This document shows positions 41,726 to 50,761 of a stretch of DNA of 64,000 bases, piece after piece. Location of the stretch: positions 1,248,001 through 1,312,000 of the forward strand of contig JBEKKK010000001.1 of assembly GCA_050010755.1 (NCBI GenBank), read 5' to 3'. The notes under the pieces are model-generated. The model searched no databases and had not been told where the DNA came from. It worked only from the letters and a program-made list of their open reading frames with translations. How positions within the stretch are numbered: position 1 is the first letter of the stretch; each line of letters opens with the position of its first letter. This DNA is from Candidatus Bathyarchaeia archaeon (GTDB lineage Archaea > Thermoproteota > Bathyarchaeia > Bathyarchaeales > Bathycorpusculaceae). Position numbers and translations under genes: made by a program.

Positions 41726-42397
41726 ATGGCAGACGGTCGTCCGAAGAACATTCTGGAAATACTTCGAAAAACCTTCACCATGCCAAAGTGGGTAACCTCA
41801 ACAGAAGACCCCTTTAGAACACTGATTGTGACGATAATTTCACAGAATACAGCCGACAGAAACACGGCAAAAGCCTTCGAAAACCTTTCGAAAAGGTTCA
41901 AAATCACCCCCGAAGCACTCGCGAAGGCCGAACAGAAAGAAATTGAACAGTGCCTAAGAGTCGGAGGACTGTACAGAAACAAGGCAAAAACAATAAAACA
42001 AGTCTCAAAAACAATTCTGGAAAAATACCACGGAGAACTGAAACCCATCCTTTCATTGCCAACCGAAAAAGCAAGAGAAACACTAATGCAATTCCCAGGA
42101 GTCGGACCCAAAACGGCCGACGTTGTCCTCCTCTTCAGCGCCAATAAGAACACCATCCCAGTCGACACTCACGTAAACCGCGTCTCAAAACGGTTAGGCC
42201 TCGCCCCGGCAAAAGGAAACTACGAAGCCGTTCGCAAAGCACTCCAAACAATCTACGATCAAGTCGACTACATGCAAGTCCACGTGCTACTAATCTCACA
42301 CGGAAAAAAATACTGCAAAGCAAGACTCCCCCTGTGCAAACAATGCCCAATAAACACCCTCTGCCCATCCAGACACCTCTGGGATAAGAACAATTGA
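41726..42397 (+). CDS. nth: Endonuclease III
   Basis: ISQNT, HhH FPGVGPKTA, VDTHV.R, C..R.P.C..CP....C. Confidence 0.95.
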   Translation: MADGRPKNILEILRKTFTMPKWVTSTEDPFRTLIVTIISQNTADRNTAKAFENLSKRFKITPEALAKAEQKEIEQCLRVGGLYRNKAKTIKQVSKTILEKYHGELKPILSLPTEKARETLMQFPGVGPKTADVVLLFSANKNTIPVDTHVNRVSKRLGLAPAKGNYEAVRKALQTIYDQVDYMQVHVLLISHGKKYCKARLPLCKQCPINTLCPSRHLWDKNN

Positions 42398-42489
42398 AAT
42401 AGTCAAGAGGCCGCAGACTTCCTTTCCACAGGAGAGCCAACAACCCCTTCAAAAACAAATTCACCAAAAACAACAGCACACTTTTGACC

Positions 42490-42905
42490 ATTTTCGCAAC
42501 ACGCATTGTCAACCAACATCGCCGTTTACGCTTACACATTACGCTGCAACATTACGTCTGACGTAAAGAAAAAAAGGGGAGGGGCCGTTCACAGTTAAAA
42601 TCTTCCACCCCAGCACGACGTCAAACTCACGAACAGAAAGACGACAGACACTAACAGTCACCGCCAACACGGAGATTTACGCTGCAATATCACAATGCAA
42701 TATCATAATTGACCTCACCATAAACGGAAAAAGTTTAGCCGCAAGGCGCAGTAAAGCCTGTTTAAAACATGGTTTGTCACGAAACAAAATTACAACTAAC
42801 CTCAAACCATAGAGCCGGAGGGGGCGAAAGCAACATGGAAAACTTACAAAGCAACATTACATTGCAACATTACATCTTATGTAAAGAAATAAAAGGGAGG
42901 GGCAG
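42490..42905 (+). repeat. Two complete and one degenerate copy of the non-coding element
   Basis: Cores at 42526 (dyad TTACGTCTGACGTAA), 42677 (degenerate, no G-string) and 42844 (TTACATCTTATGTAA). Confidence 0.88.
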
Positions 42906-42916
42906 ACCGCACGAGT

Positions 42917-44233
42917 TCAGAACGGTGCCTTCAACGATGAAGAGTCCATCTGACTTTCTTCCTCAACGCCTGGAACTTCCTTCATGTTCTTGTCCAGCCT
43001 CACCTTTCCCAGGGAAAGCACGCAGATGTCTCCCGAAACCGGCGTGGATATCTTCAAGCTTTTCCTCAGATAATCAATCGCCTGCAGCACACCTATGCCG
43101 AGAAACCTCCTGTTCGAATCAAACACGCCCGCGAGCAACCCCTCTTCTTCACCCTTCCGAGTCACAACAACCTTCTTCTTCACATACTCCTCAACTTTCC
43201 TAACGTTATCAGGATCAATCCAACGCCTCCTTCCGATGATAACACACACCTTGTCACTCACCTCGGAAAGCTGCAGAGGCTTCATCCCCAGAAGTCCATT
43301 AATCTTGTCCGCCTGTCTAGCGCTCATACGAGCCTTGCAAATATCAAAAAGCTCATTCCCCTCAAACTTCAACCAGCTCAACGAAAGCGACTGCACCTTC
43401 GAATTCCCCAAATACTTTATGTAACCAAGCTCCCGCAAGCTCCTACGCCTACCAATATCCCTCTGCCTAATAGCAAAAGGAGACTCCACAACAACTTTCT
43501 TAAAACCCTCAATCCCAGCAATAACAGGAGAAAGCTCATCCTTCTGCTGAACACAGAAGACGATATCCGGCCTAAGCTCCCCAACAAGCCGAACCTTATA
43601 GTCCAGCGCCCCTTCACCCTCAACCCAACCGTCAGTGTTTATCACAACGAACTCAGGGTTGCTCGCCAAGATTTCCTTCTTCAAAGAGGCTAATGCCCCA
43701 ATCACCTTATCCCCAACATTGCTTGCAGACGTCTCCCCAATGAAGAAAGCATTCTTCGCACGCAAACTGAACAAATCTGTAATCGGCCGCGCAACAAAAG
43801 CATACCCGACCGTTGACGGAGGCCCTATGTCCGACTGACCTAAATCTCCATCCAGAACCGCCACCTTCTTCTTCTCAGCCAAAGCCCTGTTCACAAGAAG
43901 CGTGCAAAAGCTTGATTTTCCAGAATCAACCGTTCCAAGCACCATCGCCGTAACAGGTTTCTTTTCTAAACCCAGGAACTCCTTAGATCCTTCATTCCAA
44001 GAACCCGGAACCGTGGTCCCCTCGACTTCTTCCGCCGAACCCGTGTCTCCCAATGCGATTTCGAAGGCGGCGGTTTCCTCCACAACAAACGGCAACCTCT
44101 TGCCCTCCCGCACAACAACTTTCGCGGTCCCACTAATGACCGAGCCAAACACTTCCACCTTGCCCGAAGTCACTAGGACCGAGGCTGGCCCATCAACCAG
44201 CAGCGTTGTCCCTTTCTTAACCGTTCGATTCAT
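42917..44233 (-). CDS. Clp1/Nol9-family polynucleotide 5'-kinase
   Basis: GTVDSGKS, DGDLGQSDIGPP, INTDGW, RRRSLRE. Confidence 0.92.
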   Translation of the reverse strand: MNRTVKKGTTLLVDGPASVLVTSGKVEVFGSVISGTAKVVVREGKRLPFVVEETAAFEIALGDTGSAEEVEGTTVPGSWNEGSKEFLGLEKKPVTAMVLGTVDSGKSSFCTLLVNRALAEKKKVAVLDGDLGQSDIGPPSTVGYAFVARPITDLFSLRAKNAFFIGETSASNVGDKVIGALASLKKEILASNPEFVVINTDGWVEGEGALDYKVRLVGELRPDIVFCVQQKDELSPVIAGIEGFKKVVVESPFAIRQRDIGRRRSLRELGYIKYLGNSKVQSLSLSWLKFEGNELFDICKARMSARQADKINGLLGMKPLQLSEVSDKVCVIIGRRRWIDPDNVRKVEEYVKKKVVVTRKGEEEGLLAGVFDSNRRFLGIGVLQAIDYLRKSLKISTPVSGDICVLSLGKVRLDKNMKEVPGVEEESQMDSSSLKAPF

Positions 44234-44870
44234 CTGACATTCTCCTCTGAAACCTATAGCCCCTTCTTCCAGCTATTTGTATCGCTGAAACGATATCCCT
44301 CAAGCCTCTTCTATGTTTCGTTTCGCTCAGACCACGACTTGTTCCAGACTCACTCACGCTTTCCAGCGAAACGCTCGCTGGCAACGTCTCGTCCAAGACA
44401 CGCAACAGATTCTGAGTACACTGCGGAACCCCGTCACCTATTTTCACGGAAATAGATTCGACCGCAGCGCCTTCGAAATCCCTCACGATACCTGCTATCT
44501 TGTCCGATGCTTCTTCGAAGCCGAAACAGTTTCCTGTTTCTTCAACTTTTCCATCAGCCAGAACTGCCCACCCAAAGACTTCACCAGGATCCACGCCAAT
44601 TGTGATTCTCTGAAAGAACGCCTTTCCCTGAACGCTTCTTAACGCCTCGCTTACTAACGTTTCCAGGCGCATCCCCTCTTGCAAAGCGAGTATTCTCTTA
44701 TGCCTCACCAAAGGTTTCTCTTTCTCCGTCGTGATTACAACTTCAATTTCTATGGGAACCGATTCATATGGAGTCAGACTCAGGAACGGCACATTCCTCC
44801 TCTTTAACTCATTGACAATCAAATAATAATCTTTCCCACAAACCGTTACGACTGCTATTTTCGCTTTCAT
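44217..44870 (-). CDS. RNase H-fold (YqgF/RuvX-like) protein
   Basis: IGVDPG..GWAV, KIGDG, VSE.GTS, D..SA..IA. Confidence 0.7.
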   Translation of the reverse strand: MKAKIAVVTVCGKDYYLIVNELKRRNVPFLSLTPYESVPIEIEVVITTEKEKPLVRHKRILALQEGMRLETLVSEALRSVQGKAFFQRITIGVDPGEVFGWAVLADGKVEETGNCFGFEEASDKIAGIVRDFEGAAVESISVKIGDGVPQCTQNLLRVLDETLPASVSLESVSESGTSRGLSETKHRRGLRDIVSAIQIAGRRGYRFQRRMSDESNG

Positions 44871-44952
44871 ACCTCAATCCTGTTTGCACAAGGCATTCGA
44901 ACGCAAAGCAAATTATAGGTTTCGACGTTTATATTTGTTGGCGTGTACAAAA

Positions 44953-45651
44953 GTGCTGCGAAACATTTCCACAGGTAGCAAGGCAATAGATGCGGATCTG
45001 GGCGGAGGTCTGATGGCAGAGAACATTAACCTCATCTACGGTGAGGCCGAAACTGGGAAAACAACCCTTGCTATGCAGTGCGCCGTGAATTGTGCCAAGC
45101 AAGGCCACAAAACATTATTTGTCGACTGCGACGACACGTTCTCAGTTGAGCGACTCGGCCAGATAACAGCCAAAAGATTCGCAGAAACAGCCGAACTCAT
45201 CATCCTGACGAAGCCCCACAACTTTCGCGAACAAGCAACAATCATAGATCAATTGGCCGATTACACCACAAACAACTTTACATTCACAATCTTCGACACG
45301 TTCACATCACTGTACCGCCTAGCAGTTTCAGAGTCCCCATCAAAAACGTTCGAATTGAATCGAGAACTGAACAGACAGCTAGCAGTATTAGCTCAGACAG
45401 CCAAAATCAACAAAATCGCACTTCTCATAACAAGTCAAGTCCATAGCGTTCTTGACCATGCTCCAATGACTGTGGAACCCGTTGCCACGAGGGTTCTAAA
45501 ATTTTGGGCCAGCGAAATAATCGCCTTAACACCAACCGAAAACCCCCAGATAGTGAAAATGACCCTGGAAAAAAACCCTCGAAAACTCCAGACCAAGACT
45601 CACCTCCTTAGGATTGAAGAGTCCGGAATACACGATTATCCCAATCACTGA
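44953..45651 (+). CDS. radB: RadB/RecA-family recombinase paralog
   Basis: STGS..ID..LGGG, YGEAETGKTT, FS.ERL, TSQV. Confidence 0.8.
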   Translation: MLRNISTGSKAIDADLGGGLMAENINLIYGEAETGKTTLAMQCAVNCAKQGHKTLFVDCDDTFSVERLGQITAKRFAETAELIILTKPHNFREQATIIDQLADYTTNNFTFTIFDTFTSLYRLAVSESPSKTFELNRELNRQLAVLAQTAKINKIALLITSQVHSVLDHAPMTVEPVATRVLKFWASEIIALTPTENPQIVKMTLEKNPRKLQTKTHLLRIEESGIHDYPNH

Positions 45652-45664
45652 TGGAGCCAACGAA

Positions 45665-46165
45665 ATGGAGATAACTAATCTGATTGTCAAAGCGATAATT
45701 TTCATACTTCCAGCATACTGTGCCAATGCAACTCCAGTCATTGCAGGAGGAGGTTTGCCGATGGACTTGGGGAGAAAATTCATTGACGGAAAACCAATCT
45801 TCGGAAAAAACAAGACCTTCCGAGGTTTTTTTGTCGGTTTAATCGTCGGCACGTGCGTCGGCCTTGGAGAAAGCACTATTTTCAAATATCCTTTAACGTT
45901 CGGTCTGCTGTTGTCGTTAGGCGCCCTATTCGGTGACCTTGCCGGAGCTTTTCTAAAAAGGAGACTCGGAATTGCGCCTGGAAATCTCTTGCCGATTGTA
46001 GATCAAATCGATTTCGTCGTGGGCGCACTAATCTTTTCGCTTCTACTCTCCTCGTCTCTGCTCACTTGGGAACTCGCTTTGACAGTTCTTCTAATTACCC
46101 CACCGATCCATCTGCTGACAAATTTTACAGCCTACAAATTGGGGTTGAAAAGAAACCCTTGGTGA
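45665..46165 (+). CDS. carS: CDP-archaeol synthase
   Basis: PAYCANA.P, GKNKTFRG, GDL..AFLKRR, DQIDF, K..PW. Confidence 0.95.
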   Translation: MEITNLIVKAIIFILPAYCANATPVIAGGGLPMDLGRKFIDGKPIFGKNKTFRGFFVGLIVGTCVGLGESTIFKYPLTFGLLLSLGALFGDLAGAFLKRRLGIAPGNLLPIVDQIDFVVGALIFSLLLSSSLLTWELALTVLLITPPIHLLTNFTAYKLGLKRNPW

Positions 46166-46172
46166 ACTATTG

Positions 46173-46595
46173 TCAACCGCCGCTGAGCTTCACTTTTATC
46201 GCGAGCTCCAAAAATATGTAAGCCATGAATGCTAAGGCCAACCCGATTATGAGCATCATGTAAGCCTGTCTAGGCTTATAGATGTACCTCGTGCTTTGAT
46301 ACACCACTATCAATCCGATCACACCCATAGAATAGATGATTGCCGCAAGAACACTGTCGCTAATAAATTGCTCAGTAAGATATGGATTGAGAAAGAGGAA
46401 TGCATTATTATAGTAAACTGCAGCCAAAGGCTTCTGAATCAAATCGTAAATTCCACCTGCAAAAAGAAACACCGCAAAACCAACCGCCAAGATTGGGATA
46501 AGGAGATTCGACGGCTTAGCATTTATTATCGTCCTATAAAGCCTGTTAACTGAAAATGACAGCGACGAGACACGCCTCTTAACTGATCTTGACAT
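46173..46595 (-). CDS. OST3/OST6-DC2(OSTC)-like oligosaccharyltransferase accessory subunit
   Basis: 3 TM; GGIYDLI.KP...F......QFI.DS..A...Y.MG..GL parallels the eukaryotic DC2/OST3 C-terminal pattern. Confidence 0.6.
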   Translation of the reverse strand: MSRSVKRRVSSLSFSVNRLYRTIINAKPSNLLIPILAVGFAVFLFAGGIYDLIQKPLAAVYYNNAFLFLNPYLTEQFISDSVLAAIIYSMGVIGLIVVYQSTRYIYKPRQAYMMLIIGLALAFMAYIFLELAIKVKLSGG

Positions 46596-46777
46596 TCTTC
46601 AGGTCCTCCTTTTCCATCAATTGCCAGGCAACTTCTTCTATTCACTCGCCTGTAAATGGAATCTTAGCAATCTAACTTAAATACTCTTTCCAAGAGATCC
46701 CCACAGCTTTTCTCCAACCAATATAATTCTTTATGATGATGGTACGGTCTTTTGCCTTGTTCCGGCAACAACCCTAT

Positions 46778-48883
46778 TCATCCACTCAACTGCCCCATAT
46801 TCGACGTTGCAATTCCTCTCTCTCCTTTTCCTTTCAACGCGCAATCAGGATTGAAACACAATATCCATAGTTCTCTTCCTTTCGTTCGGACTTGAATGGT
46901 AGGCCATCCGCACCCTCTGCAGTTCTTGCCATTCGCTTTGATTGTGCCCCTTTGTGGGATAGCAAACGAAGCCCTGCACAATCCTCTAAAGTAGTTAGTA
47001 CAGCCGACGAAGCGTTTTCCAGTTTTCTTCGAGCGTACAGTCACAAGCTTTCCAGTCTTGCAGATTGGGCATGCCCCGATCATGCTTTCTTCCAATCTTG
47101 TCTTTTCCAAGGCATTACTCAAGCGCTCACCGATCTCTTCCTCTTTTTGCTGAAGTTCCTTCAGCATTGGTCCAAGAGTTTCAATTGCACTGGCCAAGAC
47201 GTCCTCCCTTTTTACTAGGTTCTGGCATATCCCATTGATACTGTCCTCCAGCTCCCTTGTCATTTCAACAGAAACGATTTTCCCACAATTACTCTGCAGA
47301 GTTTCCAAAACCCCAAAGCCCAAGTCAGTCACTTCCATTCTCTCGTTTCGAATATATTTTCTTTCATAAAGAGTCTGTATTGCATCGGCTCTAGTCGCCT
47401 TCGTCCCAATTCCAACCTCTTCCATTTTTTGAAGCAAGGTGCTAGGATTATATCGTGGCGGCGGCTTAGTGAATCTGCTTTCTAGGATGACCTTCTTGAA
47501 GTTGACCATTTGCCCCTCCTTTACCGGAGGCAACAGCGTTTCCTTTGATATTACGTAAGGCCCGTAGAATCGTTGCCATCCTTGTTCTAACGTACATTTT
47601 CCTTCGGCAAGGAAGAGATATTCGTTGACCTTGATTTTCGCCCTGACAATCTGCTTTACTGCTGGCTCACCGAAAACCGCCATGAACCTACGAACCACAA
47701 GATCCCAAATACTTCTCTCAGATTTGTTCAGCAATCGTTCGGGCAAATTCCCGGTTGGAAAGATGGCTGGATGAGCTGAGTCTTCTCTGGCTCCTTCATG
47801 GGGCTTCAACGTTGGTTTGCTCAAAAGATCAGCCGCAAGCCTCCATTCTCGAACGCTGCTCAAATTCTTAAGAATCATACGATAGTTTATCGCGGCAGGA
47901 AGCTTTTGGCTACCCGTTCGTGGATAAGAGATTAACGCGTCCAAATACAAACGTTGAGCGATGCTTAAAGTTTTCTTGAGGTCATATCGAAACAGTTTAT
48001 AAGCTTCAACCTGCAAGCTCCCTAAATCAAAAGGAACAGGTGCTAGTTGCTGAAATTGTAGGGCTTCCACCTGTTCAATTTTTCCGCTTCCTTTGCAGGC
48101 AGTTCTAACAGCGTCTGCTTCTTTCTTAGTATTTATCACTCTCTTTTCGAATTCTGCTAGGCAAGTTTGTCCATCTATTTCCACCTGTGCTTTGATTCGC
48201 CAATACGGCATGGGTACGAAACTTCTTATGGAATTTTCCCTGGAAACTAAAAATTTTAGGAGCGGTCCCTGAACTCGACCCGTGCTCAACGCACTGTATC
48301 TTCCGCTCCAGTTCTTCACCGCAAACGTCAGGGCTCTAGAGAGATTGATGCCATAAAGCCAGTCAATTTCATGCCTCGTTGTGCCAGCTTCGACAAGCGC
48401 AAAATCCAAATGCGGTAGAGACTCGTCGTAAGACTTTTCCAGTTCTTCTTTAGTCAAGGTGGAGTATTTCATGCGTCTCGACACTTTTTCCTTGTTCTTG
48501 CAAGCGTATTTCAGAATACAGTATCCAATTATGCTTCCTTCCATATCGTAATCGCAAGCGTCAATGAAAGAATCTGCTTTCTTGGACAGTTTCGAGATGA
48601 CTTGAAGCCATGTGCGGATATGCTCTGCTTTTCTCTCGGCCTGAAATCGAGGCACCCATTTGAAATTGAAAACGGGATAAGTGCGTCTTCCCTTCGCTCC
48701 CGACGAAACCGTGTATAAGTGTCCAAGCGCAGGAACGATCACAATTTCCTTGTCACGCCTAGCCACGTAGTAGGGGACACCGTCCTCTTCCATCATTCTT
48801 GCGTTCTGGCTCAGGTCAAGCGCTGAAGCTATTCTTCGAGCAGCATCCGGCTTTTCAGCGATTATTAAAGTATACTTTTCCAT
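46778..48883 (-). CDS. topA: Type IA DNA topoisomerase
   Basis: IAEKP, GHL, DYD.EG, GRVQ.P, ISYPRT, GIGTKATR, C-terminal Zn ribbons. Confidence 0.96.
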   Translation of the reverse strand: MEKYTLIIAEKPDAARRIASALDLSQNARMMEEDGVPYYVARRDKEIVIVPALGHLYTVSSGAKGRRTYPVFNFKWVPRFQAERKAEHIRTWLQVISKLSKKADSFIDACDYDMEGSIIGYCILKYACKNKEKVSRRMKYSTLTKEELEKSYDESLPHLDFALVEAGTTRHEIDWLYGINLSRALTFAVKNWSGRYSALSTGRVQGPLLKFLVSRENSIRSFVPMPYWRIKAQVEIDGQTCLAEFEKRVINTKKEADAVRTACKGSGKIEQVEALQFQQLAPVPFDLGSLQVEAYKLFRYDLKKTLSIAQRLYLDALISYPRTGSQKLPAAINYRMILKNLSSVREWRLAADLLSKPTLKPHEGAREDSAHPAIFPTGNLPERLLNKSERSIWDLVVRRFMAVFGEPAVKQIVRAKIKVNEYLFLAEGKCTLEQGWQRFYGPYVISKETLLPPVKEGQMVNFKKVILESRFTKPPPRYNPSTLLQKMEEVGIGTKATRADAIQTLYERKYIRNERMEVTDLGFGVLETLQSNCGKIVSVEMTRELEDSINGICQNLVKREDVLASAIETLGPMLKELQQKEEEIGERLSNALEKTRLEESMIGACPICKTGKLVTVRSKKTGKRFVGCTNYFRGLCRASFAIPQRGTIKANGKNCRGCGWPTIQVRTKGRELWILCFNPDCALKGKGERGIATSNMGQLSG

Positions 48884-49316
48884 GATTGAAACAGACCATG
48901 TTGAATTCGCTAAACCCTGCATCTCTGAACTCTGGTGTATTGATCAGAATATTGAACTTTTCCTCCGTTGAATGTTCTTCAGTCCTTTCGTTCCCAAGCC
49001 GCTTCTAGCACCGCGAGTCACAAGGGAAATTCCTCAAAAGTCACAATTAGATCCGTCAATGTGCTTGAAAGAAAACCCATGCTTATGAGTTGTTGATCAC
49101 GGTTGTCTTCGGTCTATTGAAAAACGCAAATGAAGGAGTAAGACGGAAGGAGTAAGACGCATGCACTCGAATCTTCGTTCTTAACAAGACAGAAGAATGC
49201 TTCGCAGAAAAGATATTGTCGTTCGCGCGATCACGCATCTTGCACCGATTCCTCTAGCAACTGATAAATATGCCGCGAACGTGTAGTTCCCTTGTTGATA
49301 ACGGAGTGCAGCGTTT

Positions 49317-49481
49317 ATGCCTCAACGTGTAACCTGTCAAGGCTGTGGCCACGTGTTGTATGAAGGGCCTGATCTAAAACCCCCGGATGAAATTTTACAC
49401 GAGCATGAAGGTAAGTGTCCGAGTTGTGGCAAAAAACTCTCCTTCATTCCTATAGACGTAAATGTGAAACCTTCGAAATGA
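49317..49481 (+). CDS. 54-aa C4 zinc-finger protein
   Basis: Hand translation MPQRVTCQGCGHVLYEG...KCPSCGKKL; not in the ORF track. Confidence 0.8.
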   Translation: MPQRVTCQGCGHVLYEGPDLKPPDEILHEHEGKCPSCGKKLSFIPIDVNVKPSK

Positions 49482-49502
49482 TCCATTTTTGAGGAAAAAG
49501 AC

Positions 49503-50651
49503 GTGGGCGAAGAGAATCGCAGAACTCAAATTTATGAAATACACCGAAAAACTTCAAGACTAACGGTTTTCGCCGGCTTTGAAATGCCGTTATACTACAC
49601 CGATATAATCCCTGAGCATCTGGCCGTACGAAATAGTGTCGGTGTCTTTGATATCAGCCATATGGGAAGAGTGTTATTAACAGGAATTGATGCTGAACGC
49701 TTCCTGAATCATGTGATAACGAACGATGTCTCAGCGTTACAGCCCAACGCTGCACAATATTCAGTTATGTGTAACGAGAACGGCGGCATAATTGACGACT
49801 TTGTCGTTTACCGGTTGGCAGACGAGAAATTTCTCGTGGTTTTCAACGCGAGCAACCGCGAAAAAGACTATAACTGGTTAACTCAGAATGCAAAGGGTTT
49901 CAACGTGAAGATCGAAGAAATCTCTGACAACGTGGCAATGTTTGCGGTTCAAGGTCCAAGAGCCGAAAAAACACTTCAAAAAATCGCGACCGAGGATTTG
50001 AGCAAGATTGGAAGATTCAAGTGCGAGCCTTCCAATTTGGCTGGTGTAGAAGTCTTCCTGTCCAGAACGGGTTATACAGGTGAAGACGGCTTCGAGATCT
50101 TCGTATGGAATGCTACAATTGCAAAACCAGGTAACGCCACGAGGCTCTGGGAAGCAATTCTTGACGCTGGAACGCCGCTAGGAATAGAACCGTGTGGTTT
50201 AGGGGCCAGGGACACTTTAAGACTTGAAGCAGGACTGTGCTTGTACGGAAACGATATTGATGAAACTACAACGCCACTAGAGGCTGCGCTCGGTTTTGTA
50301 GTGAAACTACAGAAGGATAGATTCATAGGAAAAGATGTCTTATCCAAACAGAAAGCTGAAGGAGTGAAGCGCAAGCGCGTTGGAATGACCATGATAGATC
50401 CCGGGATACCTCGACAAGGCTTCGAAATCCGGGCTGAATCTGGAGAAAAAATAGGCAAAATAACAAGTGGAACTTTTTCCCCTTTGCTGAACTTCGGAAT
50501 AGGCATGGGTTACGTCCAGACACCTCATGCCCAAGAAGAAAGTATCGTGAACGTCATAATACGCGGCAAAATAGCTACAGGCAGAATAGCCGCATTTCCG
50601 TTTTACGACAGTGAAAAATATGGCTTCAAACGAAAGACAGCTATTGTTTAA
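49503..50651 (+). CDS. gcvT: Glycine cleavage aminomethyltransferase T
   Basis: FDISHMG, SRTGYTGEDGFE, GLGARDTLRLEAG. Confidence 0.96.
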   Translation: MGEENRRTQIYEIHRKTSRLTVFAGFEMPLYYTDIIPEHLAVRNSVGVFDISHMGRVLLTGIDAERFLNHVITNDVSALQPNAAQYSVMCNENGGIIDDFVVYRLADEKFLVVFNASNREKDYNWLTQNAKGFNVKIEEISDNVAMFAVQGPRAEKTLQKIATEDLSKIGRFKCEPSNLAGVEVFLSRTGYTGEDGFEIFVWNATIAKPGNATRLWEAILDAGTPLGIEPCGLGARDTLRLEAGLCLYGNDIDETTTPLEAALGFVVKLQKDRFIGKDVLSKQKAEGVKRKRVGMTMIDPGIPRQGFEIRAESGEKIGKITSGTFSPLLNFGIGMGYVQTPHAQEESIVNVIIRGKIATGRIAAFPFYDSEKYGFKRKTAIV

Positions 50652-50761
50652 AAACGAAATCTCTCCTAGCTCACATTTTTCTTTTGGAAAAGTATATAAC
50701 GACGGCCCATGTCATCTAAACTAACTTCAAACAGTAAGTAACCGTAAACAAAATAACAGAC

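Noticed and set aside
42769-43203. 144-aa + strand ORF
   Set aside because: It reads through the repeat element and runs antisense to clp1; spurious
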